This document shows, in pieces, positions 30,359 to 40,261 of a stretch of 64,000 bases of DNA (position 1 is its first letter; each line of letters opens with the position of its first letter). The stretch comes from Alteromonadaceae bacterium (GTDB lineage Bacteria > Pseudomonadota > Gammaproteobacteria > Enterobacterales > Alteromonadaceae), in NCBI GenBank assembly GCA_013216015.1, contig JABSOI010000019.1:42316-106315 (forward strand), given 5' to 3'. The notes below the pieces were generated by a model that had not been told where the DNA came from, searched no databases, and saw nothing but the letters and a program-made list of their open reading frames with translations. A program made the position numbers and the translations under genes.

Positions 30359-31219
30359 TTAAGTTGAAAGGGGCAGGCTGTCACAAAACCGAGAGCCTAT
30401 TCCCGACACAGTCTCCAGATATTTACCAGCAACGCCTAACTTTTTTCTTAATTTATAAATTTGGTTGTCGATGGCGCGATCGGTAATATAGTAGTTATCC
30501 CCTTTACTGTGAGAAATAATAGCATCCCGCGTAAATACGCGATTGGGCGATGACATTAATAAATATAGAATATCAAATTCCATTTTATGTAGTTTAACCG
30601 GCTCATCAAATAGCCTGACTTGTCGGGAAGGTACATCAATAAAAACACCGAGCAGTGAAAGTTGTTCGCTTGCGAGGGGGTCGGATAAACCCGATTGACG
30701 TCTTAAACTTGCTTTTATTCGGGCCACAAGCAGGCGGGGATTAAATGGTTTGGCAATGTAGTCGTCGGCATAACTTGCGAGTCCCTTTTCCATATCACTG
30801 ATATCTGCCTGATCAGTCAACATAATGATCAGTGGCATACTATTTCGGTGTTGTTGTAACAGTCGTTCGCAAAATTGATAGCCGTTCATACCCGGTAATT
30901 GAATATCAAGAACAATTAAATCAGGCTTTTCGTTGTTGCAATGTAACAATGCTGCTTCAGCGCTAATGACGCTCGCTACTGAGTAGTTTTCTTTTTGCAG
31001 GATATATACCCGTAATCATTCAAAATGCAGGTTTTGAAGCGTTTTAAAAGATTATCTACTACGTTGCTTTCAATCCCAATAGCCCGCTATTGCTCAATCA
31101 AGCGCCTTTTAGATAAACTTTCAAATTCACCTCAAATTCCCGCATCTTGAATGACCACGGGTATAAAGCACCATTTCACGGATATGCTCGTCATCTTCAA
31201 CTATTAATATTTTATTCAT
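30359..31219 (-). pseudogene. OmpR-family response regulator gene interrupted after codon 18 by MITE R3
   Basis: N-terminal piece 31166-31219 (MNKILIVEDDEHIREMVL). Then the 159-bp insertion. Then YILQKENYSVASV…PDLIVLDIQLPGMNG…winged helix. The inserted frame has a stop at 31016-31018. Confidence 0.7.
31007..31163. mobile_element. MITE R3 copy inserted in RR gene; TA target duplication (31005-06 / 31164-65)
   Basis: Ends are TACCCGT…ACGGGTA. Joining the flanks restores …REMVLYILQK…. Confidence 0.75.
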
Positions 31220-31350
31220 GGGTTTATTTCCGATCGAGTTAACAGTGAGTTATGGGTGATATGTGAAAAGAAGTTTTATTGTTATACCAATTGTATTATG
31301 TAAGTGTTCTATATTAAGTGAGGATAAAGCTTCCGCAGTTTGCATGCCTG

Positions 31351-32160
31351 TTACCCCAATGCCTTTATTAAATTACTTTTATGCTTTTTGCCAACCCGAT
31401 AGTGTTGACCACCTTTGAGGTAAACAATATTGTCTTCTATATAGTCTATGTAGGCTTTATTGACTATGGCTGATTTATGGACACGAATAAAATCTGTCTG
31501 TGGTAAATATTCAGCAATGCCAGTCAAGGTTTTCAGGGTAAGTAAACAAGACTGGTCACGCCATACTTTGACATAATTACCATAAGCTTCAAGGACACTA
31601 ATTTCGCTTAGATCCACCCTGATCTGTTTGCGATCTACCTTGATTAAAATATGGGTAAGATTTTTCTCAGCCTGTTCTTTGATATTTGCGGGTGCAGCGG
31701 GTGCTTTTTCAGTGGTATCTTCAGATTGCAGATCCTGTTGGTTTTGTTGAACCTGTTGGCCTTGCTGAACCTTTTGACCTTGCTGAGACATGAGGCTATT
31801 GTGGCGGCTCAGGGCTTTATTCGTTGCCTGAAGAAAGCGGTCATATCGAAAAGGTTTCAGCAGATAATCGGTGACATCTAATTCATATCCCTGCAGTGCA
31901 TATTCCTGGTAGGCTGAGGTAATGATAACCTGAGGTTTATTGGGCAATACTTTTAGTAATTCAATGCCGGTTAGCACTGGCATTTGAATATCCAAAAAGA
32001 TCAAATCTACTTGCTGGTTATTTAGCCGTGTTAATGCCTCGGTGGCACTATAACACTGGCCTACAATTTCTATAAATGGAACTTCTTTGGCAAAGGTTAA
32101 AATAACATCATGGGCCAGCGGCTCGTCATCGATTATAAGTGTGCGTAATGTCATTGACAC
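31351..32160 (-). CDS. LytTR-family response regulator (REC, Q-rich linker, LytTR DNA-binding domain)
   Basis: LIIDDEP…DLIFLDIQMP. C-terminal FIRVHKSAIVN. Confidence 0.85.
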   Translation of the reverse strand: MSMTLRTLIIDDEPLAHDVILTFAKEVPFIEIVGQCYSATEALTRLNNQQVDLIFLDIQMPVLTGIELLKVLPNKPQVIITSAYQEYALQGYELDVTDYLLKPFRYDRFLQATNKALSRHNSLMSQQGQKVQQGQQVQQNQQDLQSEDTTEKAPAAPANIKEQAEKNLTHILIKVDRKQIRVDLSEISVLEAYGNYVKVWRDQSCLLTLKTLTGIAEYLPQTDFIRVHKSAIVNKAYIDYIEDNIVYLKGGQHYRVGKKHKSNLIKALG

Positions 32161-33788
32161 TCCAGAGTGAGATGAACATGGAAAGCATGCTGTTCATGGT
32201 TTATTTTCAAGCTGTATTTATCTTCATAGATCAAGGCCAAACGGCGCTGCAGGTTTTCCAGTCCTATGCCTAGTTGCGATGGCTTATAGTTACTTTCCAC
32301 CGAGTTACCACAATAAAACTTCAACGTATTGCCCTGCCTGCTGAGTTTAACCTTGAGCCAGGCATCTTCAAGTGATGGTTCTACGCCATGTTTAAAGGCA
32401 TTTTCAATTAAAATGATCAGCAATAACGGCGTAATATTGATGTTAGTTTCACTGTCGGCTGACTCTTCTTCAAAATCTACTTCAAACTGACATTTGTTGC
32501 TGACACGTACTTGCTGCAAGTCGAGATAATCTCGCAGGTATTGTACTTCTTCGGATAAAGGCACCGTTTTTTGACCTCCTTTATAAACAACAAAGCGCAG
32601 CAAACTGGCCAGTTGTTGCACTAGTTCAGGTGCTTTCTCTGATTTGGTCAGGCAAAGGGAATAGAGATTATTGAGGGTATTAAACAAAAAATGCGGATTA
32701 ATTTGTTGTTGCAGCAATAATAGTTCGGTATGAATATTTTGCTTTTCCATCTCTGCTAACTGCTGGCTTTTTTGTGCCCATTCTAATGCCAGAATTACCG
32801 GCAAACTGGTCAGCATAACGGCTAAAGCAAAAGAGCCATTTTGCCAATCAAAAGGGTTCTGGTTTTCGCTGATGATCATAGTATGTTCACCACTATTTAA
32901 TGGCAGCCATAATACCAGCTGGGCGGCAAGTGGATAACTGAACAGGATAAATAAAGCAGTAAACCAAAGGTAGTTGAAAATGCCATATCTGGCCATCACT
33001 TTGTTTACTAATATATGCCGGTTTATGTAGTAATAAGCAAAAATAATGGAATAGGTCAGCTGAATTTGCGCCCAGTAAATTAGGAAGTTATCCCAATGGA
33101 ATATAACTAATTTCAGGTCGATGACCATGTTATGTCCCGATTCAATTATCGGGTCGTTAAGCGGAGCAAACACTGCTGCCCAAAACAGGCTGAAAATTAA
33201 AGTTAAGGCAAACAAGCCATGATCTAATGTGAATTTAAATCTGAGAGGCTTTTTCTGTCTGCTTTGCAGCCATTTATTAAACAGTAAAGATGCTTCGATT
33301 ATCCAGATGAAAACAAAAGTCTCTAGTTGAATAAAGGGTAAAGCAGCCAGTTCCGGCAGGTTGTTTTCCAATATAAGCACAAGCAACGGATAGCCGAGAA
33401 AGACCAGACACCAGCACAGAATAGTTAGCTTTTTATTGAGTTGGATGTTGAGTTTGCTGTTGAGTTTGCTATTTTGCTTCCCTGTGAAGTTTTTAAATAC
33501 CAGTACCGGAGATATGAACAGGGTAAGCTGCAATAGTAAAACGACAAAATACCACCAGTCAGAATGGCCTGCCTGATTGGTTATCATCAAAGCTGGCGCC
33601 AATATAGCCACAGTAAAAGGCCATACTTGCCAATTGAACACCCCATTAAGCGAAGTAATCAGCTTGTTTAACTTCTCAGCAATTGATTTATGGCGGGATC
33701 CTGTTAATAAATGCACAAGGGTTCTCTGCTCAGCGATATTCTGAAATAAGTCATCATTTTGAACACATTGAGTAGATTTGTCACCCAA
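32151..33788 (-). CDS. LytS/YehU-type sensor histidine kinase (multi-TM N-terminus, His_kinase plus HATPase)
   Basis: QINPHFLFNTLNNLYSL motif. C-terminal N/G boxes. 10-nt overlap with the RR gene. Confidence 0.8.
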   Translation of the reverse strand: MGDKSTQCVQNDDLFQNIAEQRTLVHLLTGSRHKSIAEKLNKLITSLNGVFNWQVWPFTVAILAPALMITNQAGHSDWWYFVVLLLQLTLFISPVLVFKNFTGKQNSKLNSKLNIQLNKKLTILCWCLVFLGYPLLVLILENNLPELAALPFIQLETFVFIWIIEASLLFNKWLQSRQKKPLRFKFTLDHGLFALTLIFSLFWAAVFAPLNDPIIESGHNMVIDLKLVIFHWDNFLIYWAQIQLTYSIIFAYYYINRHILVNKVMARYGIFNYLWFTALFILFSYPLAAQLVLWLPLNSGEHTMIISENQNPFDWQNGSFALAVMLTSLPVILALEWAQKSQQLAEMEKQNIHTELLLLQQQINPHFLFNTLNNLYSLCLTKSEKAPELVQQLASLLRFVVYKGGQKTVPLSEEVQYLRDYLDLQQVRVSNKCQFEVDFEEESADSETNINITPLLLIILIENAFKHGVEPSLEDAWLKVKLSRQGNTLKFYCGNSVESNYKPSQLGIGLENLQRRLALIYEDKYSLKINHEQHAFHVHLTLECQ

Positions 33789-33935
33789 AGAATGACTAAG
33801 AACCCAAAATCAATGACCAATGAGGTGAGGTGGCTGATTAACTCTTTTCAGCTAAATAGAGACGTTGGTCATGGAAATAATCGTGTTGGTCAATTAGCTG
33901 TTTGTTAATATATTTCACTGTGCTTTACTGTTTTT

Positions 33936-33990
33936 CAATTAGCAATTAGCAATTAGCAATTAGCAAATAACAAATAACAAATAGAAAATA
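33936..33990. repeat. Heptanucleotide SSR (CAATTAG)x4 then (CAAATAA)x2 in the divergent promoter region
   Basis: Lies 33-90 bp upstream of the ABC ATPase start. Confidence 0.8.
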
Positions 33991-34022
33991 CAAAAAGTGA
34001 ATAAACAAAGGGGTGAATAATA

Positions 34023-34904
34023 ATGCTGATGATTTCCAACCTGAATAAAACCTATGATAACGGTGTTAAGGCTCTCGTAGATATTAATTTAACGATAAAG
34101 CAGGGCATGTTTGGTTTACTGGGTCCTAACGGTGCAGGAAAATCGACCCTGATGCGAACTTTGGCAACATTGCAAAGTCCAGACAGTGGTGAAATTCTGT
34201 TCAATGGTCATAACATTCAGCATGATCCGCAAGCGGTGCGCAGCCACCTTGGTTATTTACCGCAGGAATTTGGTGTATACCCAAAAATATCTGCCTTTAA
34301 TTTGCTAAATCACTTTGCTATTTTAAAGGGATTAACCGATAAAGTGACACGGCTTGAACAAGTTAATGCGCTATTGCAGCAAACTAATCTTTATCAACAC
34401 AGGAAAAAAGCAGTCAGCAGCTTTTCCGGTGGTATGAAGCAGCGGTTTGGTATCGCACAGGCGCTGCTGGGAACACCAAAATTGGTGATTGTTGATGAAC
34501 CTACAGCAGGTTTGGATCCCGAAGAACGTAATCGGTTTCATAACGTATTGGCAGACATCAGCGAAAATACCATAGTGATCTTGTCTACCCATATTGTGGA
34601 AGATGTCAGCAACCTTTGTCCCGATATGGCGATCATGGCTGCAGGTTCTATTATCAAACAAGGGCCACCGCAAAAACTATTGGCTCAGCTGGCTGGAAGT
34701 ATTTGGCGTAAGCATGTCAACAAGCAGGAGATCAGCGAATACCAGCAACAATTCAAGGTGATCAGTCAGCGGCTGGTGGCGGGCAAGGTTCAGCTGCATG
34801 TGCTGAGTGAAAACTGCCCTGCGGCAGGTTTTGAACCGGTACAGGCGGATCTGGAAGACTTGTATTTCTCTGCGATTAATGGCATCGCGGCCAGAGGAAA
34901 TTAA
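34023..34904 (+). CDS. ABC transporter ATP-binding protein
   Basis: Walker A GPNGAGKST. Signature FSGGMKQR. Walker B LVIVDEPTAGLD. H-loop. Confidence 0.9.
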   Translation: MLMISNLNKTYDNGVKALVDINLTIKQGMFGLLGPNGAGKSTLMRTLATLQSPDSGEILFNGHNIQHDPQAVRSHLGYLPQEFGVYPKISAFNLLNHFAILKGLTDKVTRLEQVNALLQQTNLYQHRKKAVSSFSGGMKQRFGIAQALLGTPKLVIVDEPTAGLDPEERNRFHNVLADISENTIVILSTHIVEDVSNLCPDMAIMAAGSIIKQGPPQKLLAQLAGSIWRKHVNKQEISEYQQQFKVISQRLVAGKVQLHVLSENCPAAGFEPVQADLEDLYFSAINGIAARGN

Positions 34905-34905
34905 T

Positions 34906-37900
34906 ATGATGTTATCTTTGCTTAAATTTGAATGGCAGCTGCATTCCCGACAACCAGTATTTATGCTCGGGCTATTGGTCTGTGTTTTTTTTGGTGGTTT
35001 TTTAATTCAAAATCAATCGGTAGATTCAGATGTTTTGGTGGCTGGTCCCTATAACATGGCAAACAGTATCTGTATTCTGGCGTTAATGATAGTACCTTTT
35101 TTAGTTGGTGCATTTACTGGTAATGCCATTGTCAGAGACCGTAATGCCAGAATTACAGAACTGATATTCAGTACGCCCATAACCAAAATGCACTACCTAT
35201 TGTCAAGATGGTTGGGTCTGGTGGCTATCAGTAGTCTGGTATTTACATCTGCCATTATTGGTATTTTAGTCAGCTTGTTATTTTCCGACACTGGTGAAAT
35301 TGGCTTTGCCCATACTTTGTGGAGTTTGTTGTGGCCCTTGATAATTTTGATATTGCCAGGTATCGCGCTGCTGTCTAGTATATTGTTTGCAGTGGGTTTA
35401 TTCAGTAATCAAAACATTGCAGTATATATTGTCGCTGTCATAATTTTTTTGCTCTATCAATTATTGGCGGTCTATTCAGGTTCGCCGCTAATGGCTAATC
35501 CTATTGCACCCGACGAGACGCTAAAACAAATACTTTCTGGTATTGATCCTTATGGTGCCACCTCGTTTTTTGAACAGGTAAAATACTGGAGTCCAACGCA
35601 GCGTAATAGCCAGTTTTTTGAGTTAAAGGGGATGCTGTTATATAACCGGGTGGGGGTATTATTACTGTCTGTGGTTATTTTAGCTTTGTGTTATCGCAAG
35701 TTTGACTTTAAGTTAGCTAAGCATAAGACAGCCTCGAAAAGTAAAGCCGGCATTATTGAAAAATCGACTGTAGCAGAAATACAATACCGATATCAGCCCG
35801 TGCAACCCAATACCGGGATTAAGGCCAGCTGGCTGGCTTTTACTGAGCAATGTAAACTGGAATATTTATCAACCCTGAAAACGCGGGTGTTTTTTGCTGT
35901 ACTCGTTTTTTGGACTGTTGTGTTAGTGACCGAAATAATCGAAGGCCTTTCGTCACTTGAAAATTTGGGAACCACTCCAATTGCGTCCACCGCAGAGGCC
36001 TTGTGGCGCTTTCAATATGATGTTTTACCACGTTTTATCACCCTGTTTTTAGTCTATTTCGTGGCAGAAATGGCTTGGCGTGACGAAGAGAACAATGTCG
36101 CTAGTTTCATATATTCCAGCCCAGTTGCGAATATTAGTTTGTTTTTTGCCAAACTGATTGCATTACTGTTGATCCCCGTTACTTTTATAACTATTGCAAT
36201 TGGAATTTCATCCGGTTTACAAGTGATATACGGGGGGCAGGTTGAATGGTCATTATATTTGTCGCTCTATTATTATTCGGGACTGCCTATGGTGTGTATA
36301 GCGGCACTTTGTTTGTTTATTCACAGTGTCAGCCCTAATAAATTTGTCGGCATGAGTATTAGCTTTTCTCTGGTGATATTGGCGATAACCTCGTTAGGTG
36401 GCCAACTGGGACTTGAACATGGGTTGTTTAAATTCTCCACCAGTCCGCTAATGCAATATTCCGATCTCATCGGTTTTAATTCTACCTCTGATGCCTTTAA
36501 CGGTTATATAAAATACTGGCTCAGTTTGTCTGCCGTTATGGTGTTACTGGGTTATGGTTTCTACCGTCGTGGTGTTGGCGTACCTTTAAGGTTAAGAATA
36601 CAATATATTGGTAAACAAGGTGTTGGTAAACAAGGTGTTGGTAAACAATGGGGCTATCAAGGTCTGGCGTTGATGGTAGTTTCTGTATTGGCTTCAGGCT
36701 ATTTTGGCAGTGCGGTGTTTTATCAAACCAATGAAGTTGCCCATTATCAATCATCACAAGAGAGAGTGAACTGGCGTGCGGAGTATGAGCGTAAATATGA
36801 CCAATATGAACATATGCTCAGCCCGAAAGTAGTCAATATAAAAACTCACATGGCCTTGTACCCTGAGCAACACCGTTATCAAATGAAAGCTGACTTTACT
36901 TTGGTTAATTCCCACTTTGAGTCATTAAATCAGATTTTGGTCAGTACAGATGCCGATGTCCACTATCAGAATGTCGCCATTAGCGGTGCAACTCTGAGCC
37001 ATTACGACGCAGACTTTGGGCAATATTTGTTTAAATTAAATGCACCAATGTTACCTGGAGATCGCTTGCAGATGACTTTCACTGCTTCGCAAGTACAAAA
37101 TGGTTACCTGGGCCTGCAGCGAGATAACCTGATAACGCCCGGTTTCAGTTATGTACAAGCGCTGCGTTATATGCCGTTTTTTGGCTTTAACCATCATTAT
37201 CAGCTTAAATCTCCCTCGTTACGCCGGGATCAAGGTTTGCCAGAGCTGGCACCAGCATTGTCTTTAGAGCAAGCTGTTGATGAGGTTAAAGGAGACTTTT
37301 CTGCTGATTACGATTGGCTGGAATTTGAAACCGTACTGTCTACTTCGGCCGATGAAGTGGCTATAGCACCGGGTAAATTAATCAAAAAGTGGAAAAATAA
37401 TGATCGTAACTACTACCACTATAAAACAGCCGGACCGATCAGAAATGTGATCAGCTATATATCCGGCCGTTATAAGATGGCCAGCCGATTCGTAGACGGC
37501 ATTGAGTTACAAGTTTATTATCACGCAGAACATCAGGATAATGTTGAACATACCCTGGATGCCATGAGTGCATCGATAAATTATGCCAATAAGCATTTCG
37601 GTCGTTATCTTGGTGAACAACTGCGTTTGATGGAAGTGCCAAGGAATTTGGGATTGTCTGGTTATGCTATGCCTGAAACCATTTTAATCTCAGAGCTTGA
37701 GGGGTTTCGTACGGATCTGAGCAATAAAGAGGCGTTTGATCAGGTATTTCGTCGAACTGCCCATGAAGTTGCCCATCAATGGTGGGGACATGGGTTGGAC
37801 AGTGCAGCTGTAGAGGGTGGTACGGTTCTGGTGGAAACATTGGCAAAATACACCGAACTAGTACTATTGGAGCAGCGTTATGGCAATGAATATGTGAGAC

Positions 37901-38559
37901 GACTGATGAAATATGAACATCGGCGTTATTTTAATGGCCGTGGTTATAGCAGTGAGCATGAGTTACCTTTGTATCGGGCCGACGCAAGATATTTGGTTTA
38001 TAGCAAAGGGGCGGTGGCAATGTATGCGCTTAAGAACATTTTGGGAGAAGAGGCTATCAACCAGGCATTGCGTCAATTAATGCAAAACCATAAATATCCG
38101 AAAATACCTGCCACAACGCTAGACCTGATAGCAGCATTGAAACAGACGACTACAGCTAATAACTATCCGGTAATTGATCGCTGGTTAAAGCAAATTATTA
38201 TTGATGATTTGTCGATAACCTCGGCCAGTTATCAGCAACTCGGCAATAGTCACTATAAAGTAAATGTTTGTCTGCAAAGTCAGCAAACCAAGGAAGACGG
38301 GCTAGGCAACAGCTTTGCGATATCGACTGAAACCACAGCATGGTTAGGGGTTTTCAGTGAACATCCTGATAACTTGATTAGCAGGGGCTCGGATAGTGCG
38401 GTATTAAAAATAGCTAAAGTGGCGGTGAAATCAGAAGGTAATTGTCTGAGTTGGACAGTCGCTGGGAAACCAACTCATATCGCCATCGATCCTTTCTATC
38501 AGAAGTTGGATCAGCAACGTGACAACAATGTATCGGTTCCGGTCTTTGCATCAAAATAG
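34906..38559 (+). CDS. ABC-2-type permease fused to M1-family zinc-peptidase domain (about 1217 aa)
   Basis: ATG 1 nt after the ATPase stop, with a GGAAA RBS. About 12 TMs in the first ~620 aa. C-terminal HEVAHQWWGH…E zinc site and GYAMPE in place of GAMEN. Confidence 0.8.
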   Translation: MMLSLLKFEWQLHSRQPVFMLGLLVCVFFGGFLIQNQSVDSDVLVAGPYNMANSICILALMIVPFLVGAFTGNAIVRDRNARITELIFSTPITKMHYLLSRWLGLVAISSLVFTSAIIGILVSLLFSDTGEIGFAHTLWSLLWPLIILILPGIALLSSILFAVGLFSNQNIAVYIVAVIIFLLYQLLAVYSGSPLMANPIAPDETLKQILSGIDPYGATSFFEQVKYWSPTQRNSQFFELKGMLLYNRVGVLLLSVVILALCYRKFDFKLAKHKTASKSKAGIIEKSTVAEIQYRYQPVQPNTGIKASWLAFTEQCKLEYLSTLKTRVFFAVLVFWTVVLVTEIIEGLSSLENLGTTPIASTAEALWRFQYDVLPRFITLFLVYFVAEMAWRDEENNVASFIYSSPVANISLFFAKLIALLLIPVTFITIAIGISSGLQVIYGGQVEWSLYLSLYYYSGLPMVCIAALCLFIHSVSPNKFVGMSISFSLVILAITSLGGQLGLEHGLFKFSTSPLMQYSDLIGFNSTSDAFNGYIKYWLSLSAVMVLLGYGFYRRGVGVPLRLRIQYIGKQGVGKQGVGKQWGYQGLALMVVSVLASGYFGSAVFYQTNEVAHYQSSQERVNWRAEYERKYDQYEHMLSPKVVNIKTHMALYPEQHRYQMKADFTLVNSHFESLNQILVSTDADVHYQNVAISGATLSHYDADFGQYLFKLNAPMLPGDRLQMTFTASQVQNGYLGLQRDNLITPGFSYVQALRYMPFFGFNHHYQLKSPSLRRDQGLPELAPALSLEQAVDEVKGDFSADYDWLEFETVLSTSADEVAIAPGKLIKKWKNNDRNYYHYKTAGPIRNVISYISGRYKMASRFVDGIELQVYYHAEHQDNVEHTLDAMSASINYANKHFGRYLGEQLRLMEVPRNLGLSGYAMPETILISELEGFRTDLSNKEAFDQVFRRTAHEVAHQWWGHGLDSAAVEGGTVLVETLAKYTELVLLEQRYGNEYVRRLMKYEHRRYFNGRGYSSEHELPLYRADARYLVYSKGAVAMYALKNILGEEAINQALRQLMQNHKYPKIPATTLDLIAALKQTTTANNYPVIDRWLKQIIIDDLSITSASYQQLGNSHYKVNVCLQSQQTKEDGLGNSFAISTETTAWLGVFSEHPDNLISRGSDSAVLKIAKVAVKSEGNCLSWTVAGKPTHIAIDPFYQKLDQQRDNNVSVPVFASK

Positions 38560-38630
38560 ACTTTACGTATCTTCAAATAGCCAGAATAAGTCTGGCTATT
38601 CACCTCAGTTTTCTCATCAGCGCAATTATC

Positions 38631-39074
38631 ATGGTCCAAAGGAAAAATCTCAAAATGTTAAATAAAATTCTGCTCATGATATTAACCCTATCTTTGTCAA
38701 CAGGAGCTTTTTCAACAGTACATTTATCAACCGTAGCTAGCAGTAACTCTGCGCCTGATAACGAAATTTTAACTGCACAACATGCTTTTTTTCAGGGTGA
38801 TACCAGACTAGCCGAGAAACTGTTGGCTGGCGAGTCGGAGTATCAGTCATTGGCTTTAGCGCAACTGCAGGTGATGCTGTGGATCGGGCGGGAAGAAGCT
38901 GACAAAGCAACGGAGTTACTATTAAAGTTGCAAAAAAGATATAGTTCCAATGCAGACTATCATTATTTCGCTGGCGGTATGTGGCGACAATTAGGTCATC
39001 AGGTTAGCGTTTGTTCCAAGATTAAATATTATCGTCGAGCTGTTTTGCCGCCTATATTCTTGCCGGGAAATTAG
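38631..39074 (+). CDS. Secreted TPR-like protein, N-terminal part (likely same gene as 39125-39679, frameshifted)
   Basis: Signal peptide. A third frame bridges the two ORFs (…AAYILAGKLAPDNARYVTKQASVYGQLDMMGG…). Confidence 0.35.
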   Translation: MVQRKNLKMLNKILLMILTLSLSTGAFSTVHLSTVASSNSAPDNEILTAQHAFFQGDTRLAEKLLAGESEYQSLALAQLQVMLWIGREEADKATELLLKLQKRYSSNADYHYFAGGMWRQLGHQVSVCSKIKYYRRAVLPPIFLPGN

Positions 39075-39124
39075 CTCCGGACAACGCCAGATATGTAACG
39101 AAACAGGCCAGCGTTTACGGACAG

Positions 39125-39679
39125 TTGGATATGATGGGGGGTGACAGCAAAAAGCAACGGCCTATTCTAGCCAAAGTTCAGTCGCTGAACTCACAATATG
39201 GCTTAGTAGCGGCGATGGATTTAGCTCAAAACGAAGAAAACCATAAACTTGCAGCCCAATTGGCTGAACAAGCCGTCTCTCAATATCCCAATAGTTTTTT
39301 ACTGTTAGTTAGAGCCGCTAAAATGCATTCATCACCTTTAAAAAATAAGATAAAAGCTCAACAACTGTATGCTCAGGCTTGTCAGTTACCAGCCCAATCA
39401 GGGCTAGACAGAATAAACTGGATATCGAGTTGTTATCAAGTAGAACACTTGGCCGGGAAAACTAAAAATTTTGACTTAGTGGTTATTGCCATGCAACGCT
39501 TGTTGGCTGTTAATCAATTGGCAACAAGTGAAAATGATCAGGCTCGGTTGTATTTGGCCCAGATGGCAAATGAAGTTGGCCAAACAGCACTAGCTAAACA
39601 ACAATATAACCTCCTCGCTATTGGGGCACTGGACAAAAAGCTCCGCAAAAAAGCGAGGATGAAATTGAAAGATTTGTGA
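39125..39679 (+). CDS. TPR-like protein, C-terminal part
   Basis: Helical repeat sequence. Confidence 0.35.
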   Translation: MDMMGGDSKKQRPILAKVQSLNSQYGLVAAMDLAQNEENHKLAAQLAEQAVSQYPNSFLLLVRAAKMHSSPLKNKIKAQQLYAQACQLPAQSGLDRINWISSCYQVEHLAGKTKNFDLVVIAMQRLLAVNQLATSENDQARLYLAQMANEVGQTALAKQQYNLLAIGALDKKLRKKARMKLKDL

Positions 39680-39728
39680 CCCTAGTCTTCAAAGGATCTT
39701 AATTGAATTGGTTATGTCCCAGTTATCT

Positions 39729-39876
39729 GTTGCTGATTCATTAAGTTGTTATTTTTCAAACTCGTAGTGCGCACATTTATGTGCGCCTTAAAGTAATGCG
39801 TGGATAAATCCACGTTCTACGGATTGCTCGAATAAATTTACATGGATGTGTTCTTCTCGGTTTTTAAATTTTAACT
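39729..39876. repeat. R2 element
   Basis: See 19135-19282. Confidence 0.7.
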
Positions 39877-39938
39877 GTGTCTTCTGTCGTAATTCATTGT
39901 TTTATCTGTATTTATATCTAAGTTAAAGATTTCAGCGC

Positions 39939-40050
39939 GTAGGATGGGTTAGCCGAAGGCGTAACCCATCAAAACATAAGTTTATCACGTGGTTAACGCC
40001 TGGGTGGTCACCAAATGTGATGGGTTACGCCGTTGGCTAACCCATCCTAC
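39939..40050. repeat. R1 element
   Basis: See 19018-19129. Same 5' flank (ttcagcgcgta) as that copy. Confidence 0.7.
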
Positions 40051-40066
40051 AACTATTGTAGACACA

Positions 40067-40214
40067 TTTAACTGTGGCTGACTCATTAAGTCGTTATTTT
40101 TCAAGCTTGTAGTGCGCACATTTATGTGCGCCTTAAAGTAATGCGTGGATAAATCCACGTTCTGATTGCTCGAATAAATTTTCATGGATGTGTTCTTCTC
40201 GGTTTTTAAATTTA
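40067..40214. repeat. R2 element
   Basis: Third R2 copy, giving an R2-R1-R2 cluster. Confidence 0.7.
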
Positions 40215-40261
40215 ACAGCCACACTAAACTGCGACATAGCCAATAGAGTTGCCTATGTCGC

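Noticed and set aside
34807-34905. Upstream Met at 34807 as the start of the permease::M1 gene
   Set aside because: It would overlap the ABC ATPase gene by about 100 nt. The ATG at 34906 has a GGAAA RBS and 1-nt spacing after the ATPase stop.
39729-40214. Possible CRISPR array suggested by recurring palindromic repeats
   Set aside because: The repeats are 105-145 bp, irregularly spaced, and present as dispersed single copies elsewhere. No cas genes are present. They were called as interspersed R1/R2 elements instead.
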